Below, one piece after another: positions 62,681 to 64,000 of a stretch of DNA of 64,000 bases. The stretch comes from Promethearchaeia archaeon. GTDB lineage: Archaea; Asgardarchaeota; Lokiarchaeia; Sigyniarchaeales; SOKP01. Position 1 is the first letter of the stretch. Each line of letters opens with the position of its first letter. The notes under the pieces are model-generated. The model had not been told where the DNA came from. It saw nothing but the letters and a program-made list of their open reading frames with translations, and ran no database searches. A program made the position numbers and the translations under genes. The stretch is taken from contig JAHQWK010000002.1 of assembly GCA_029856145.1 (NCBI GenBank), positions 96,001 through 160,000 on the forward strand. Direction: 5' to 3'.

Positions 62681-64000
62681 TTATTGTAAATCTTTATTCA
62701 ATTTTTGATTGAATTCATACATCATTTTAAATGCAATTATTGCATGTTTTATTCTGCTCATTATTGGAATGTTAACTTCTGAATTAGATAAAGATGCCGC
62801 TTTTCTAAGAAAATCAAAGGTCCATCCCGAACCAAAGCATACACAAACGCAGGGTTTATTAAATTTCTGTGTTAATTCTTTAATTAGATCAAATTGGTGC
62901 TTTGCCCATTTTGTAGCCATTGAACCCATCATTTGGAGTGGCCATCGAGGAACTGAAAAAATATATAAAAGAGAATCTACATTTTTGTCTTCAAAAATTA
63001 CTTTTATTGATGGTTCAAACGTTTCAAATAAAGAAGGTCCTAAATCGATAGTACCTCCAATTGACACCCAATTAGGAATTGTAGATTTGATAAGAGAAAT
63101 GGTATGTTCACTTAATTTTGCAAGATTTAAACCTTGTTTTTCAATCTCATCACAAGCTAAAGCACCTAAACTTCCCGAACCCGTAATAACTGCAATATTT
63201 TTTCCTTTAGGTAAAGGTTGAGTGGCAAAGACCTGAGCAATATTAAACATTTCATAAAAATTTTTAACTCGAAAGATTCCAGGAGTTTGCTTAATGACAG
63301 CATCATAAATTTTATCATTTCCTGCCATCGAGCCTGTGTGACTATTAACTGCTTTTGACCCTATTTCACTTTTTCCATTTTTAAGAATTAATACTGGTTT
63401 TTCCATTTTTTTAAGCATTTTTATAAACTGTTTCCCTCGTTTTGTAGCTTCTAAATAAAGACTAATAACTGCTGTTTCAGGATCTTTATTCAAATATTCA
63501 AGAAGATCAATCTCATCAACATCTACTTTATTTCCTATCGTAATTGTTTTTGAGAATCCAATTCCTTTATCAGTTGCCCAATCAACAAATATATTTCCAA
63601 GTACTCCTGATTGAGCAATAATAGCAATCCTTCCTTTAATCGCTTTATCAAAATCCATATCTGCTGATGAAAATTGATTATTAAAATCAGTCACTCCAAT
63701 GCAATTTGGACCTATAATCCGGATACCAGCCTCTTTAGCAATTTGTGCAATTTCCTTTTCAATAGTAATATATTTTTCTACTCCGGTCTCAGCAAAACCC
63801 GCTGCTTCTATTATTATACCTTTTACACCCTTTTTAACACAATCCTTTACCGCCTGAAGAACGTATTCATTTCCAATGAGTATTATTGCTAATTCAATTT
63901 CTTCAGGAATATCTTTAATGTTTTTATATGCTTTATGGCCATGAATTTCTTTCTTCTTTATATTAACTGGAAAAGTTTTAAATTTAGAATCTAATAGATA
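62681..64000 (-). CDS. acdA: ADP-forming acyl-CoA synthetase alpha subunit, 5'-partial
   Basis: Frame open to the window end (FPVN, AAGFAE.G); QSG, GNKVD, YLE, SHTGSMAG phospho-His motif. Confidence 0.9.
   Translation of the reverse strand, partial: YLLDSKFKTFPVNIKKKEIHGHKAYKNIKDIPEEIELAIILIGNEYVLQAVKDCVKKGVKGIIIEAAGFAETGVEKYITIEKEIAQIAKEAGIRIIGPNCIGVTDFNNQFSSADMDFDKAIKGRIAIIAQSGVLGNIFVDWATDKGIGFSKTITIGNKVDVDEIDLLEYLNKDPETAVISLYLEATKRGKQFIKMLKKMEKPVLILKNGKSEIGSKAVNSHTGSMAGNDKIYDAVIKQTPGIFRVKNFYEMFNIAQVFATQPLPKGKNIAVITGSGSLGALACDEIEKQGLNLAKLSEHTISLIKSTIPNWVSIGGTIDLGPSLFETFEPSIKVIFEDKNVDSLLYIFSVPRWPLQMMGSMATKWAKHQFDLIKELTQKFNKPCVCVCFGSGWTFDFLRKAASLSNSEVNIPIMSRIKHAIIAFKMMYEFNQKLNKDLQ

Noticed and set aside
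1495-63892. Short antisense or nested ORFs in the track (e.g. 6433, 11638, 17070, 35743, 62709)
   Set aside because: Shadows of well-supported genes with no independent motifs

Overview
AT-rich archaeal chromosomal segment, most consistent with an Asgard archaeon of the Lokiarchaeia type (longin-fused and Rag-like small GTPases, Ftr, HdrA/MvhD selenoproteins, BHB-intron tRNA, many TPR/LRR proteins). Main points: (1) a longin-PAS-GAF-PAS protein with a folliculin/SMCR8-like 'ARG' arginine-finger motif abuts an operon of a Rag-like and a longin-fused Arf/Rab-like GTPase, a candidate sensor-controlled GAP module; (2) hdrA and mvhD each carry two in-frame TGA (Sec) codons, which split them in the ORF track, with a candidate SECIS 3' of mvhD; (3) a tRNA-His(GUG) has two 30-nt non-canonical BHB introns; (4) several genes appear to start at ATA/ATT/ATC behind SD-like motifs; (5) a corrinoid protein + homocysteine methyltransferase + non-Pyl MttB cluster; (6) rearrangement scars (fen1 3' fragment, hisS 5' duplicate flanking a DUF285 repeat gene, tnpB remnant, glcD/glcF-type deletion fusion, a repeat-flanked island with a bacterial-like DUF4256 gene). 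All family calls come from motif recognition by eye; no searches were run.
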